DNA from: a virus
Lineage: Duplodnaviria > Caudoviricetes
Virus record (IMG/VR): IMGVR_UViG_3300031669_005479
Coordinates: 32,001-96,000 of that record
Strand: one strand, 5' to 3'
DNA: 64,000 bases
Part shown: positions 47,366 to 57,301 of the stretch, one piece after another
How the letters are laid out: every line of letters begins with the position of its first letter
How positions within the stretch are numbered: position 1 is the first letter of the stretch
Translations under genes and position numbers: made by a program
Notes under the pieces: generated by a model
Databases searched by the model: none
What the model was told of the DNA's origin: nothing
The model's input: the letters and a program-made list of their open reading frames with translations, nothing else

Positions 47366-49864
47366 TTAGTTAACAAATGCTAAAGTAAACCATTTATCTA
47401 ATTGTGAATTATATACAAATTCTAATGCACCATAATCGGTATTAATTGTTGCACTACTACCACTATCAATTTGTTTACCATTACCACTAATTGTAATATT
47501 ATTGGTTAGTGCATCACCACCAGCATCTTTTATTTTATATGCTTGACCATCAACTGGATTACTTGGTAATGTAATTGTGAATGTTCCACCACTACTATTT
47601 GCAAGAATAACATAGTGGGTGTTATCTAATGTAATATTACTAGTAACTAATGTAGTTATATATTTGTTTGTCTTAATGTTACTCGTAACGCCTGTTACAT
47701 AATTAACATCAACCAATGAATGAAGTGCAAATGTCGTGCTATAATTGGTGGCATATTCAATTCCTTTACCAGAATTACCATCACTAAATATTGCACCCGA
47801 ACTACCTAATGCAAGTGAATATGACTCGCTTCTAACAGTAGTCGATGAAGCAGTAAGGTTGGTTCCAAATATTGACGTATTGGTAGCACCTGTAATTTTG
47901 ATAAATCCATCTGTTGAAAAATTATGTCCACATAAGTTAATGGCCGTATCGCCAGTAAAATTACCACCAAGCACAATTGTTCCACTACAATTAGTTAAGC
48001 CATTTCCAGCAGAAATGGTAGATAATGCACCAATAACGTATTCTTTATCAACCAATGATCTATTTGTATAATTTGCACAATAATTACACTGATAGGTTAT
48101 ACCAGCAAAAGTATTTACTGAATTGCATTGAGCACCAATTAGCATCGAATCTTTTGTCATTGCAACATCGAATACATATGAATTACAATTGTCCAGAATA
48201 GAAAAATTAATACACGTTGGTGATATCACAACTGTACTATTTTCACACGTTGATGAATTGCATGTGTTTGAAATAATACTTGAACCATTTATTACTGAAT
48301 AGCAATTTCCAGAAGCATTAATGACTGTATTACCAGTTAAATTGCCACCAAGACTAATCATGCATCCAGATTTGGTTAATCCATTATTTGCAAGTGAGCA
48401 CGAAAAATCACTACTATCAACATATAGTATATTTGTACCACCACTATCAATTCTAACGGGAATTTCTAAACCAACTGAAGAGCCAACCGTTGCTCTAACA
48501 TCAACCTTACCAGTAGTAACGCTACACGTTAAACCTATACGAAATATGTTATAATCAATTTCAAGTGAAGATGAATCAAAACATAGACCAGGATTACTAT
48601 TTGATAATTTAACCGCAACATTTCTATTTGTACCAATTGATGTTACACAAATACCATTGCCTTGCGTAATACCAAATTGCTGGGCAAATATTGAATATGT
48701 TAGTGTATCGCCACTAGTTATCGGATTTGGTGTAACTAAAATCCATTGACTATTAGCGTTTGTATTACCACTACTTACTGGAATAATATCACCATTCGAA
48801 ATTTCACCTAATGGTGAATAGTTATAGTCTTCAGTTCGAACCCAATTGCCAGTGCTTGCAGAATAAATTCCATTTAATGCACCATTAGTTTGTGATTTAA
48901 CTAAGATTCTATTATTTGTTGAAATAATATCAACAACATTAATACCATCAATTGTTCCACTATTGCCACTTAATGTAACATTTGTAGTTGTTGCTGCAGC
49001 AACTGCTGCATGAACATTTAGTCCAGATGCAACGCTGTCAACGTAGTATTTATCAACAAGTGAATGTTCACAATAGGTATTACTATAATCTGTAGCATAT
49101 ACTAAGCCATGTGGACAGGCAGTATTATCGGTAACCAGCATTGCTGGTATACCATTATAGTCAATTGCTATAATAGCAGCATTTGTTGTATCATTACTTG
49201 AGGCAACACTACCACTCTGTGATTTTAAATAAATCGCACCATTAGATTTAGCATTTAATGCAATATCTGTATTATTTGCACTACTTAGACAAATGCCATT
49301 TAAATCACCCAAAGTTAATAATTGTGTGCCTGAAATAGTTGTTGGCGTAATTAATGTTCCACCTAAACATATTTTTTGACTAGTATTGCCCAATCCATTT
49401 GTTGCACCTGTGATTATAATGCTTAATATTTGACCAGTTTTTCCCGTCACGTATGCTGCATCAACAAGACTACGTAAATTATAACCACCACTGTAATCGC
49501 CACCATACTGTAAACCAAGCGTATTTCCAGCACCACGACCATCAATAAAAACCGTAGAACCAGTTATGGTTCCACCTAGTTTTACTGCTGTGCCTACTTT
49601 AGTCAAGCCATTATACGCTGAAGTAATGCCAGTATTTGCCAAACCACTATCTTTAATGACCAAGCCACTATCAGTAACGTTTAAATGCCACCAATAATCA
49701 ATATTGGCAATATTAATTGTTAAACCAATATATCTTAACGCTTGTGGTATTGCAGCAATTGCCTCTGCAATATCAGTATATGGTTGATTACTAGAATTCA
49801 AATATTTAATATCAACTGGTTTACCAGCATTGATTTTTAAACCATCGTTTAGTATAATTGCCAT
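47366..49864 (-). CDS. Large fibre/decoration protein
   Basis: Repeated NGLT..LGG.T and YATDYS...SLVDK.YV modules; VAAATT...DGI...RILVKSQT...NGIY..S.G.W.R module. Confidence 0.7.
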   Translation of the reverse strand: MAIILNDGLKINAGKPVDIKYLNSSNQPYTDIAEAIAAIPQALRYIGLTINIANIDYWWHLNVTDSGLVIKDSGLANTGITSAYNGLTKVGTAVKLGGTITGSTVFIDGRGAGNTLGLQYGGDYSGGYNLRSLVDAAYVTGKTGQILSIIITGATNGLGNTSQKICLGGTLITPTTISGTQLLTLGDLNGICLSSANNTDIALNAKSNGAIYLKSQSGSVASSNDTTNAAIIAIDYNGIPAMLVTDNTACPHGLVYATDYSNTYCEHSLVDKYYVDSVASGLNVHAAVAAATTTNVTLSGNSGTIDGINVVDIISTNNRILVKSQTNGALNGIYSASTGNWVRTEDYNYSPLGEISNGDIIPVSSGNTNANSQWILVTPNPITSGDTLTYSIFAQQFGITQGNGICVTSIGTNRNVAVKLSNSNPGLCFDSSSLEIDYNIFRIGLTCSVTTGKVDVRATVGSSVGLEIPVRIDSGGTNILYVDSSDFSCSLANNGLTKSGCMISLGGNLTGNTVINASGNCYSVINGSSIISNTCNSSTCENSTVVISPTCINFSILDNCNSYVFDVAMTKDSMLIGAQCNSVNTFAGITYQCNYCANYTNRSLVDKEYVIGALSTISAGNGLTNCSGTIVLGGNFTGDTAINLCGHNFSTDGFIKITGATNTSIFGTNLTASSTTVRSESYSLALGSSGAIFSDGNSGKGIEYATNYSTTFALHSLVDVNYVTGVTSNIKTNKYITTLVTSNITLDNTHYVILANSSGGTFTITLPSNPVDGQAYKIKDAGGDALTNNITISGNGKQIDSGSSATINTDYGALEFVYNSQLDKWFTLAFVN

Positions 49865-49902
49865 TATTCGTTGTTTATATAATTAAACTTTCATGTATAA
49901 CA

Positions 49903-50967
49903 CTAACTTATTGACATTGTTGATGTTACACTTGATTGATAATTACTAATATATAATTTATAACTTTGTCCTGACCACAATCCATTGGCAACGCCATTTA
50001 CAGTATCGGGTGCTGGAAATAGATTACCCGCAGCAGATACTACACCACCGATTATACCATTATTAAGTGCACTCACATACCATGTAGTTTTTGTCGCATA
50101 TGCAATAGGAACTGCAAACCAAATATAATCACTATCACCGCTATTAAAATTAATATTTAATATACCATTGCCACTAGCAACAACTTTAGTACCACCTGTT
50201 ATTAGTGCAGCAGTACTAGCTGGACGACCCGTACCAGATGCACCAGTAACTGTTAAATTTCCCCAATAATATGGATAAATACCAGTTATTGAGGCATTAG
50301 CAAAACCAGTATTTCCAGAAGTCAATGGATTTGGAGATACTGTACTATTACCACCAGCACTATCCTTGACAACTGGACCAGCACTATAGTATACACACGA
50401 ACTCCACGCATTTGAACCTTCAATAACAATATAGTTTGATGCAATTTCAATATCAACAAGTGCACCACAAATATGATTTCCTGCAACACCTGTACCAACA
50501 AAACAATGACTTACAGCACAACCACTTCTATATGGAGTTGCACTACTATATTGTGGAGTAATTGAGCCCATATTAAATGATGAGCATACCTGAAATGTAT
50601 TACTACTGCCAACTTCCTTATTTCCAGAAATAGATAATGATAAGCTATTTGATGGCTCAACAACAACTGGCTGCAATGTTGGAACTAAAATATCTCTCAA
50701 TATTTCATTTGAAGTCTTACCAGTTAACTGTGTTCCAGCACAAATTCCACCAACTGTTACTGACGCAGGTGTTGCTAGATTATAAACAATGCCATCAGTA
50801 ATACCACTCACAACCAACACATCCACATACTTTTTATCAACAAGCTGTGTATCTCCAGTAAAATTTGGATGTATTGCATATTTAGTATTACCACTTAATG
50901 TCAAAGTAGTTCCAGCACGTTGCTCAACGTGCTGGTCATCAATTTTAATTTTAGTATTAAATGCCAT
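49903..50967 (-). CDS. Fibre/decoration protein (paralog of 55627..56733)
   Basis: GIYPYYWG...TGGTKVV...YIWFAVP...YKLYISNYQ mirrors the 55627..56733 C-terminus. Confidence 0.65.
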   Translation of the reverse strand: MAFNTKIKIDDQHVEQRAGTTLTLSGNTKYAIHPNFTGDTQLVDKKYVDVLVVSGITDGIVYNLATPASVTVGGICAGTQLTGKTSNEILRDILVPTLQPVVVEPSNSLSLSISGNKEVGSSNTFQVCSSFNMGSITPQYSSATPYRSGCAVSHCFVGTGVAGNHICGALVDIEIASNYIVIEGSNAWSSCVYYSAGPVVKDSAGGNSTVSPNPLTSGNTGFANASITGIYPYYWGNLTVTGASGTGRPASTAALITGGTKVVASGNGILNINFNSGDSDYIWFAVPIAYATKTTWYVSALNNGIIGGVVSAAGNLFPAPDTVNGVANGLWSGQSYKLYISNYQSSVTSTMSIS

Positions 50968-50995
50968 TATTTTTTAATTAAAATTCATATGCTCA

Positions 50996-53305
50996 TTAGT
51001 TAACAAAAGCAATTGCACTCCAAAACATACCATTATATACAAATGTTACTGAACCATAATCGGTGTTAACTACGGATGTGCCAAAACTATTAATACATAC
51101 ACCATTACCATTGATTGTTATTGGGTCATTTAAGGCATTTCCACAAACATCAACAATTGATATTCTCTGACTTCTACCATCACAAACAACTGGTGATGCA
51201 GGTAAAAATATTTGAGATGTTGAAACACCCGAAACTAAAATTATTTCATCACAACTAAACGCATAATAACTTCCACCACTATAAAGACCATTAAGTTTTA
51301 TTTTACTGGTAATTATGCAGGTATTTACCTCATTATCAACATATTGTTTATCTGGAATCCAACGTGGATTATTATTACAATAATTATCACCGTATGTTAA
51401 ACCACTCGTTGTAAGATAAACAGTTGTAGGTGCACTAGATACCTTATTCGACAATACCAAGCACGTATCGCAAATATCTAAACTACTTCCATTTGATGGG
51501 TTTGAACAATGATACGAACTAATGGTATTACTACCACCAGATAATCCCCATTGTGCTGCAGCAGCCGAATATGAGCAAATATTAAACTTTGAATTCGAAT
51601 ATACTGTATTTAATTCAAAACTTGCAAGTCCATAAATATTTGTATTATCCGATTGTAGACGTAATGTATTTCCAGATAAATTAATTACAGTATTGCCAGT
51701 TAAATTTCCACCTAATTTAACAATTTGACCACTTTTTGTTAGACCATTCGTTGCACCAGTAATTGCTGAATTAAGAACAGCACCACCGCTAATCGTTTTT
51801 ACTATTTTATCTGATGAATTCCAAACAAGTATTGAATCACTGTTTAATCCACTAGCGGGTGCTGTGTTAACTTTTATAATACCAACAGTATCAATACAAT
51901 GACCCGAATTATTTAAAGATACACTTGATGTTCCACCACTGGTAAACAGTCCAATATTATTTGCATTAACACAGTAATTATTCAATGATATGTTTTCACC
52001 ATACAATAAATTATATGCGCCATCAATGCAAGTATTGTTTGTTAGATTACCACCCAATGCAATATTTCTACCAACACTTGTTAATCCATTTGTAGCACCT
52101 GTTATTGCGCTATTTATAACTGCTTGCGATGTGTTATCAAGACAAACATTATGACTATCATATTTACAAATTCCATTTGTTGAACCAGTTACTGCAGAGT
52201 TAATGGTTGCTATTGTAGCAGTAGTAAGACAAACATTTCTAGCACTACTACTGATTCCAGTTCCAGTTGCACCTGTAAGCGAACTACTAAGTATTGATTG
52301 AACGGAATTTGTTAAGCAAACATTATGACTATCATATTTACAAATTCCATTTGTTGAACCAGTTGTTGAACTATTAACGATATCCTGTGTTGGAACATCA
52401 AGATTAATTACACGAACACCACCTAGAGTATTTATTGTAATACCCGTACCAGCGATTATATCAGATATGTGTGAGAATAATATAAATTCCAGTGGTGTAG
52501 TATCAACATATATTGGGTCTGGAGTTACTAATACCCATGCAGTATTACCATTTGTAGCACCAGAAAGCACCCACATATATGTGCCACTTACTACCTCACC
52601 AGTAGGAACCCCATCAAAATCAGGACTACGACCCCAAGTTCCAGTACTTGCACTATATACGCCATTTGTTACGCCACTAATTTGGTCTTTAACCAATACT
52701 CTATCACCACTTATAATAGAAATTCCATCAATGGCAGTTAAACCACTTAACGGTATTGAACCAGTTGTTGCAACTTTTACCGCTGCTTTTGGTCTTAATC
52801 CAGTTGCAATAGTATCGGCATATTTTTTTGTAATCAGTGAATTGCTGCTAAAATTTCCACTATAATCACTAGCGTATTGAATACCAATAGGTATTATGCG
52901 ATTATCTGCTATCGTTAGCGAAGTGCCACTACTAATTGTAATGGTTGTTCCAGTAGTTAGTGCACCACCCAATATAACGGTACTACCACTTAATGTAGTG
53001 TGCAACCCATTAGTTGCAAATTCTAGCGTCCCACTTCCACTATTAAATACTTGCCAACCATTGATATTGCCAACATTCGCAACATCTTTAAGTATATAAT
53101 ATTTACTATCACCACTAACATATACAATTGTTGAGTATGCTTTTAACTGACCAGATGCTGCAGGTAAATCAGTCTTACCTGAAAGTGAATATAAATCACT
53201 TAATGTTGCAACTGCAGTTCTGAAGCCACCTTTAATAAAATCACTATCAACAACTGCCAAATCTGGGTTGTTATGTATTAATATGTCTGATTGTCTTAAT
53301 GCCAT
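50996..53305 (-). CDS. Large fibre/decoration protein (paralog of 47366..49864)
   Basis: VKVATT...DGI...DRVLVKDQ...NGVY..S.GTW.R module; shared C-terminus NTDYGS...FVY...W...AFVN. Confidence 0.7.
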   Translation of the reverse strand: MALRQSDILIHNNPDLAVVDSDFIKGGFRTAVATLSDLYSLSGKTDLPAASGQLKAYSTIVYVSGDSKYYILKDVANVGNINGWQVFNSGSGTLEFATNGLHTTLSGSTVILGGALTTGTTITISSGTSLTIADNRIIPIGIQYASDYSGNFSSNSLITKKYADTIATGLRPKAAVKVATTGSIPLSGLTAIDGISIISGDRVLVKDQISGVTNGVYSASTGTWGRSPDFDGVPTGEVVSGTYMWVLSGATNGNTAWVLVTPDPIYVDTTPLEFILFSHISDIIAGTGITINTLGGVRVINLDVPTQDIVNSSTTGSTNGICKYDSHNVCLTNSVQSILSSSLTGATGTGISSSARNVCLTTATIATINSAVTGSTNGICKYDSHNVCLDNTSQAVINSAITGATNGLTSVGRNIALGGNLTNNTCIDGAYNLLYGENISLNNYCVNANNIGLFTSGGTSSVSLNNSGHCIDTVGIIKVNTAPASGLNSDSILVWNSSDKIVKTISGGAVLNSAITGATNGLTKSGQIVKLGGNLTGNTVINLSGNTLRLQSDNTNIYGLASFELNTVYSNSKFNICSYSAAAAQWGLSGGSNTISSYHCSNPSNGSSLDICDTCLVLSNKVSSAPTTVYLTTSGLTYGDNYCNNNPRWIPDKQYVDNEVNTCIITSKIKLNGLYSGGSYYAFSCDEIILVSGVSTSQIFLPASPVVCDGRSQRISIVDVCGNALNDPITINGNGVCINSFGTSVVNTDYGSVTFVYNGMFWSAIAFVN
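52143..52364. repeat. Exact 48-bp direct repeat (52143-52190 and 52317-52364)
   Basis: caaacattatgactatcatatttacaaattccatttgttgaaccagtt occurs twice (TGSTNGICKYDSHNVC). Confidence 0.85.
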
Positions 53306-53337
53306 TTTTTTTTAAATTTTATTTATTTTCAATAATT

Positions 53338-55614
53338 TTATGAAAATACTAGATTATCTCCCGTATATGCATTAGTAGCATTGGTTTTCCATACTTTATA
53401 GTTTAATGATTCACCATATGAATTGATAACGCTTACTTGAGCGAGTTGCGACCATGCCCCAAAATCTTGTGCAATACCATTCTTCAAAATACTCGTTATG
53501 TCACCATATGTTGAAGGATATGCGTAATAGGTATAGTTACTACCAGCAGTAATCGCATTCCAAGTTAATGATTGTGATGATAGAAAATTTTTATTAGCCA
53601 GTGCTTTTATTTGTGTCGATGTTAGTGTCGTATTAATATTAAATCCATAATATGAAAAATATTTAAACGATATGGATAGTGAGCCACCATTTCCTGTAGT
53701 ATATTGATCAGTATATGTGATTCTATAATCAATCGATGTGGCACTTGTTGGAATTCCATTATCAAGAGTAGGAGAAATTGTTGCTGTTAGCGTATTTAAA
53801 CTACTTCCAGAGGCCAATACAACATATGAACCACCATTATATCTTCTTTCTAGCGTCCATGCTGTAATCTTAACCAATATACGATTTGAAGTAATTGAGC
53901 CACTCGGACTACTAATTACATTCCCCTTTTCCCTAACTGTTTGTGTTTCTGGCGATGTAATGGTTCCATTAAGTAGAGATGATATTGTAGGTGCAACATA
54001 TGCTTGTGGCGTAACTGTAATTATTGTACTTCCACTACCACCTGCACTATCAATCACACTATATTTGTATTGAATTGCAGTAGCATTAAATCTATTTGCG
54101 CTATCGTCAATATTATGTGTATACGTTGTTGCACCAGTACTAGTTGTTAATACATTCCAACCAGAACCTCTATTATATTGAAGACTTGTACTTGCAACGT
54201 GTGCACCGACCGTATTTATTGTATACGAAAAACTTAAATTAACTGTTTTACCTGATTGACCAAAACTAACATCACCAGTACCTAAATCACTTAAATTTAT
54301 CGTAGGAACTAGTGCTTCGGCTAACGCTAACTTTATCACATCATTTGCAGTTTTTCCACTAGCAGGAATAATATCACCATTAAGATATTTGCCAAATGTT
54401 TTACCACTTGCAATACTTACCGTAATATTAGAAGTAAATTTTTCACTAGCACTACAACTTGAATTGATTATTATATTGTTTCCAACCTGTGATATTGAAG
54501 TATTTCCACTACCAACAAGAGAATTAAAGCACATATTTCTATTCAAAACACTGCTATAAACGCCAATTCCTGTTCCTAGATTTGTTCCACCTGTTACTGC
54601 AACACGACTATCATTTGAACTTGAATATATTATTAAACAGTTACCTCTTTGAGAAATTGTTGTATCTCCACTAGAAATAAGTGTCCTAAATTGTAAAGTG
54701 CTACCAGTTTTTTGAGAAAAAATTCCATAACCGCTTCCAACATTTTGTGCAGTAATTACAGCACTTGTACCCGATAAATAAACAAACGCATCATCATATG
54801 TAATATTAATATATGAAGGTGTCTTCGATTTTATTGTTCTTAATTGCATTATATTGCTTTCAGTATCCGAATAAATTGGACCACCTATCGTAATTGTATT
54901 TCCAGTTAATAAACTGCCAGTAACTATCGAAACAATTGCCGAACCATTGTTATATGGTGACCCAGATATCCAAGTAGTTGCGGTATATGGAAATGTAGTA
55001 ATACCATTATAATATAATGCATTTCCATATACAGGTGCTGCATTTCCTAAAATTGTTTCTAAATTACCATCAACAAAATTCCAACCATTCTTAGCGTCAA
55101 TTGTTGTTTCTGACCAAACCCAAGATTTAACAGGTAGGGTAGTTTTTACGTATCCTCTTTTAGGTATGCCATCTGTAGGAGTGCCAATACGTATAATACC
55201 ATTACTATCTCTATAATAGTTATTATACAATGAGTTATAATTACCACTATAATTGGTTGCATCCAATAAGTTTGTTATAGGTAGTGTTTGAATACCAGTA
55301 TAACCACTAAAAAATCCAATATTTGTGCCACCTGTAACAAAATTACTTGTTGGTATTGTGGTATCATATATTTTTTCAATCAGTGTATTAATGTCATTTT
55401 TAAACCAATATTCTTTATTAACACCAGTGGTTCCACTATCATTAATAACAACTGTTAGTCCGACATATCTCTCACTTGAAGGAATTATATTGAACACTTC
55501 GGTATGTGAAGAATAGGGTAATGGAGTACCATTCAACGTTCTTTCACTTAGATATCGTTTATCGGCAGGTGCAGGTGCTGCTATTTTTAAATTTGAATTT
55601 AATTGTATTGACAT
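53338..55614 (-). CDS. Large fibre/decoration protein
   Basis: RYVGLTV...EYWF N-module shared with 47366..49864; two NLGTG-type cassettes; C-terminal YYAYPSTYG...YKVW. Confidence 0.7.
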   Translation of the reverse strand: MSIQLNSNLKIAAPAPADKRYLSERTLNGTPLPYSSHTEVFNIIPSSERYVGLTVVINDSGTTGVNKEYWFKNDINTLIEKIYDTTIPTSNFVTGGTNIGFFSGYTGIQTLPITNLLDATNYSGNYNSLYNNYYRDSNGIIRIGTPTDGIPKRGYVKTTLPVKSWVWSETTIDAKNGWNFVDGNLETILGNAAPVYGNALYYNGITTFPYTATTWISGSPYNNGSAIVSIVTGSLLTGNTITIGGPIYSDTESNIMQLRTIKSKTPSYINITYDDAFVYLSGTSAVITAQNVGSGYGIFSQKTGSTLQFRTLISSGDTTISQRGNCLIIYSSSNDSRVAVTGGTNLGTGIGVYSSVLNRNMCFNSLVGSGNTSISQVGNNIIINSSCSASEKFTSNITVSIASGKTFGKYLNGDIIPASGKTANDVIKLALAEALVPTINLSDLGTGDVSFGQSGKTVNLSFSYTINTVGAHVASTSLQYNRGSGWNVLTTSTGATTYTHNIDDSANRFNATAIQYKYSVIDSAGGSGSTIITVTPQAYVAPTISSLLNGTITSPETQTVREKGNVISSPSGSITSNRILVKITAWTLERRYNGGSYVVLASGSSLNTLTATISPTLDNGIPTSATSIDYRITYTDQYTTGNGGSLSISFKYFSYYGFNINTTLTSTQIKALANKNFLSSQSLTWNAITAGSNYTYYAYPSTYGDITSILKNGIAQDFGAWSQLAQVSVINSYGESLNYKVWKTNATNAYTGDNLVFS

Positions 55615-55626
55615 ATTCTAAATATT

Positions 55627-56733
55627 TTAATTTGTAAATGTTAATGAATAACCAACAGTACTTGTTTGATAATTACTAATATAAAACTCATAAGAAATTG
55701 CAGACCAACAAGAATTTGGAGAATTTACTAATATTGCCGTAGGAGAATTAAATAATCCACCAGGTATTGATTCAGTATTGGTTGTCGGAGCATTTGAACC
55801 ATACCATTTAGTCTTAGTATTACCAGCAGGGATAGCAAGCCAAACATATTTTGTTGCCACATTATAGTTAACTGTAACATTTCCGCTACTAATACATACA
55901 CATTTAGTACCACCTGTCAACAATGTTGAACTTGCAATTGGTTGTGTATTGCTACTACCATAGAAATATGGGTAAATACCACATACTGGAATGTTCACTG
56001 TGGGTGAAATTCCTGCAGAACAACAGGTCATTCCACCAATACTTCCATCACTTTTTAATGGATATTGACCTGCGGAATAACTAACATTAAGCGAAATATT
56101 ATGACATCCAAATTGAATTTGATGTGGCTGCAATGCAATTGAATTGCACAGTGATGATGATACTGCACAACACGTAGAACCATTATCGGCAGTATAATTA
56201 TATGCCGTTGGTAATCCAGTTCTAACTGAGGTTCCACCACAATACACAGGATTTACGCTGCCTTGATTATATATTGCGCATGTTGTAAATACACAACCAG
56301 TTCCAACTTCCAATGGATTTGTCGCAGATGTTATTGATAATGTTACATAGTTTGGAGTACAAATTGGACTTAATGTAGGTGAAACAATCTGTTCAATAAT
56401 ACATGACAAGGATTCACCAACAATTGGAGTACCTGCAGGTAATCCACCAACACTACATGTTGTTGGAGAAGAACCATTATAAATTGTTGAACCGCCAGAT
56501 ACTGACGATAACGCTAAACGAATTTTATTTGATGCATTATCATAGGTTAACACATACCCATCCGTTGCAGGATTTGCACCATCAGCAGTAATTATAACAT
56601 TACTACCATTTCCATCACTTAACGTTAATCCGCTGGTAGATAAAATTTGAGTTTGACCCGATAATGCCAATTCACTCCCGTCAAGTTGTTTAAATTGTAT
56701 ATTATCAAGATTTGGACGACTAAAGAATGCCAT
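55627..56733 (-). CDS. Fibre/decoration protein
   Basis: MAFFSRPNLDNIQFKQ; Cys-rich; paralog of 49903..50967. Confidence 0.7.
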   Translation of the reverse strand: MAFFSRPNLDNIQFKQLDGSELALSGQTQILSTSGLTLSDGNGSNVIITADGANPATDGYVLTYDNASNKIRLALSSVSGGSTIYNGSSPTTCSVGGLPAGTPIVGESLSCIIEQIVSPTLSPICTPNYVTLSITSATNPLEVGTGCVFTTCAIYNQGSVNPVYCGGTSVRTGLPTAYNYTADNGSTCCAVSSSLCNSIALQPHQIQFGCHNISLNVSYSAGQYPLKSDGSIGGMTCCSAGISPTVNIPVCGIYPYFYGSSNTQPIASSTLLTGGTKCVCISSGNVTVNYNVATKYVWLAIPAGNTKTKWYGSNAPTTNTESIPGGLFNSPTAILVNSPNSCWSAISYEFYISNYQTSTVGYSLTFTN

Positions 56734-56825
56734 ATTAGTTTATATTTATTATCAATAATTTTTGTAACATCACGACCGTATGGTTAGTTACGAAATTCGA
56801 GCATTTATGCTCGATTATATTTATA

Positions 56826-56833
56826 ATAAATAC
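56826..56833 (-). promoter_or_regulatory. GTATTTAT motif at the head of the fibre operon
   Basis: Located between a terminator and a structured leader. Confidence 0.55.
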
Positions 56834-56863
56834 AAAAGACTTCAATTAAAAACAAAATAAAAC

Positions 56864-56899
56864 AAAAAACCCCACAAGAAATTTTCTTGTGGGGTTTTT
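56864..56899 (-). terminator. Intrinsic terminator downstream of the tRNA
   Basis: aaaaaccccacaagaa-at-tttcttgtggggttttt. Confidence 0.85.
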
Positions 56900-57036
56900 A
56901 TATTAATTTAAATCTTATAAACTAAATCTATCTTGTTTACGTGCTTTTCTTCGAAGTTCATTTACTTCACGAAGTGCATTAGGATTAAATCTTTCACGCC
57001 TAACCACACTAACAAGATGATTAAATTCATTTTCAG

Positions 57037-57122
57037 TAGCGGGAGAGAAAGTCGAATTCTCACTTGCATTAGATGTCTCAAGGTTATGAGCCTTGCGTGT
57101 TAGCCATTTACACCATCCCGCA
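57037..57122 (-). tRNA. tRNA with anticodon CAT (Met or Ile2), 17-nt variable region, no encoded CCA
   Basis: Hand folding: acceptor TGCGGGA/TCCCGCT, D-stem GTGT/ACAC, anticodon stem CAAGG/CCTTG with loop CTCATAA, T-stem GAGAA/TTCTC with loop TTCGACT, discriminator A. Confidence 0.85.
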
Positions 57123-57301
57123 ATATATTTTTTAAACCATTTTCTTCTTTTAATGAACGTTGTCCTAGGACGATACAAACATACAATACATTTTTTAAAT
57201 ATGCAAGCATTTTTTTAAAAAAAATGAAAAATTTTATATTCGGTCTTGGAATAATAAATACGAAGAAATTCTAAAAAAGTTACAATTTTTTATAAAAAAT
57301 A

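Noticed and set aside
37520-56733. Diversity-generating retroelement acting on fibres
   Set aside because: No reverse transcriptase in the window and no TR/VR pair differing only at adenines was seen; the repeats are ordinary coding duplications.
56915-57178. 87-aa ORF spanning the tRNA; possible tmRNA-like or overlapping gene
   Set aside because: TTG start; it runs through a complete cloverleaf that has an anticodon arm and no G3:U70 Ala identity, so it is not tmRNA. Probably incidental, though a short downstream peptide cannot be excluded.
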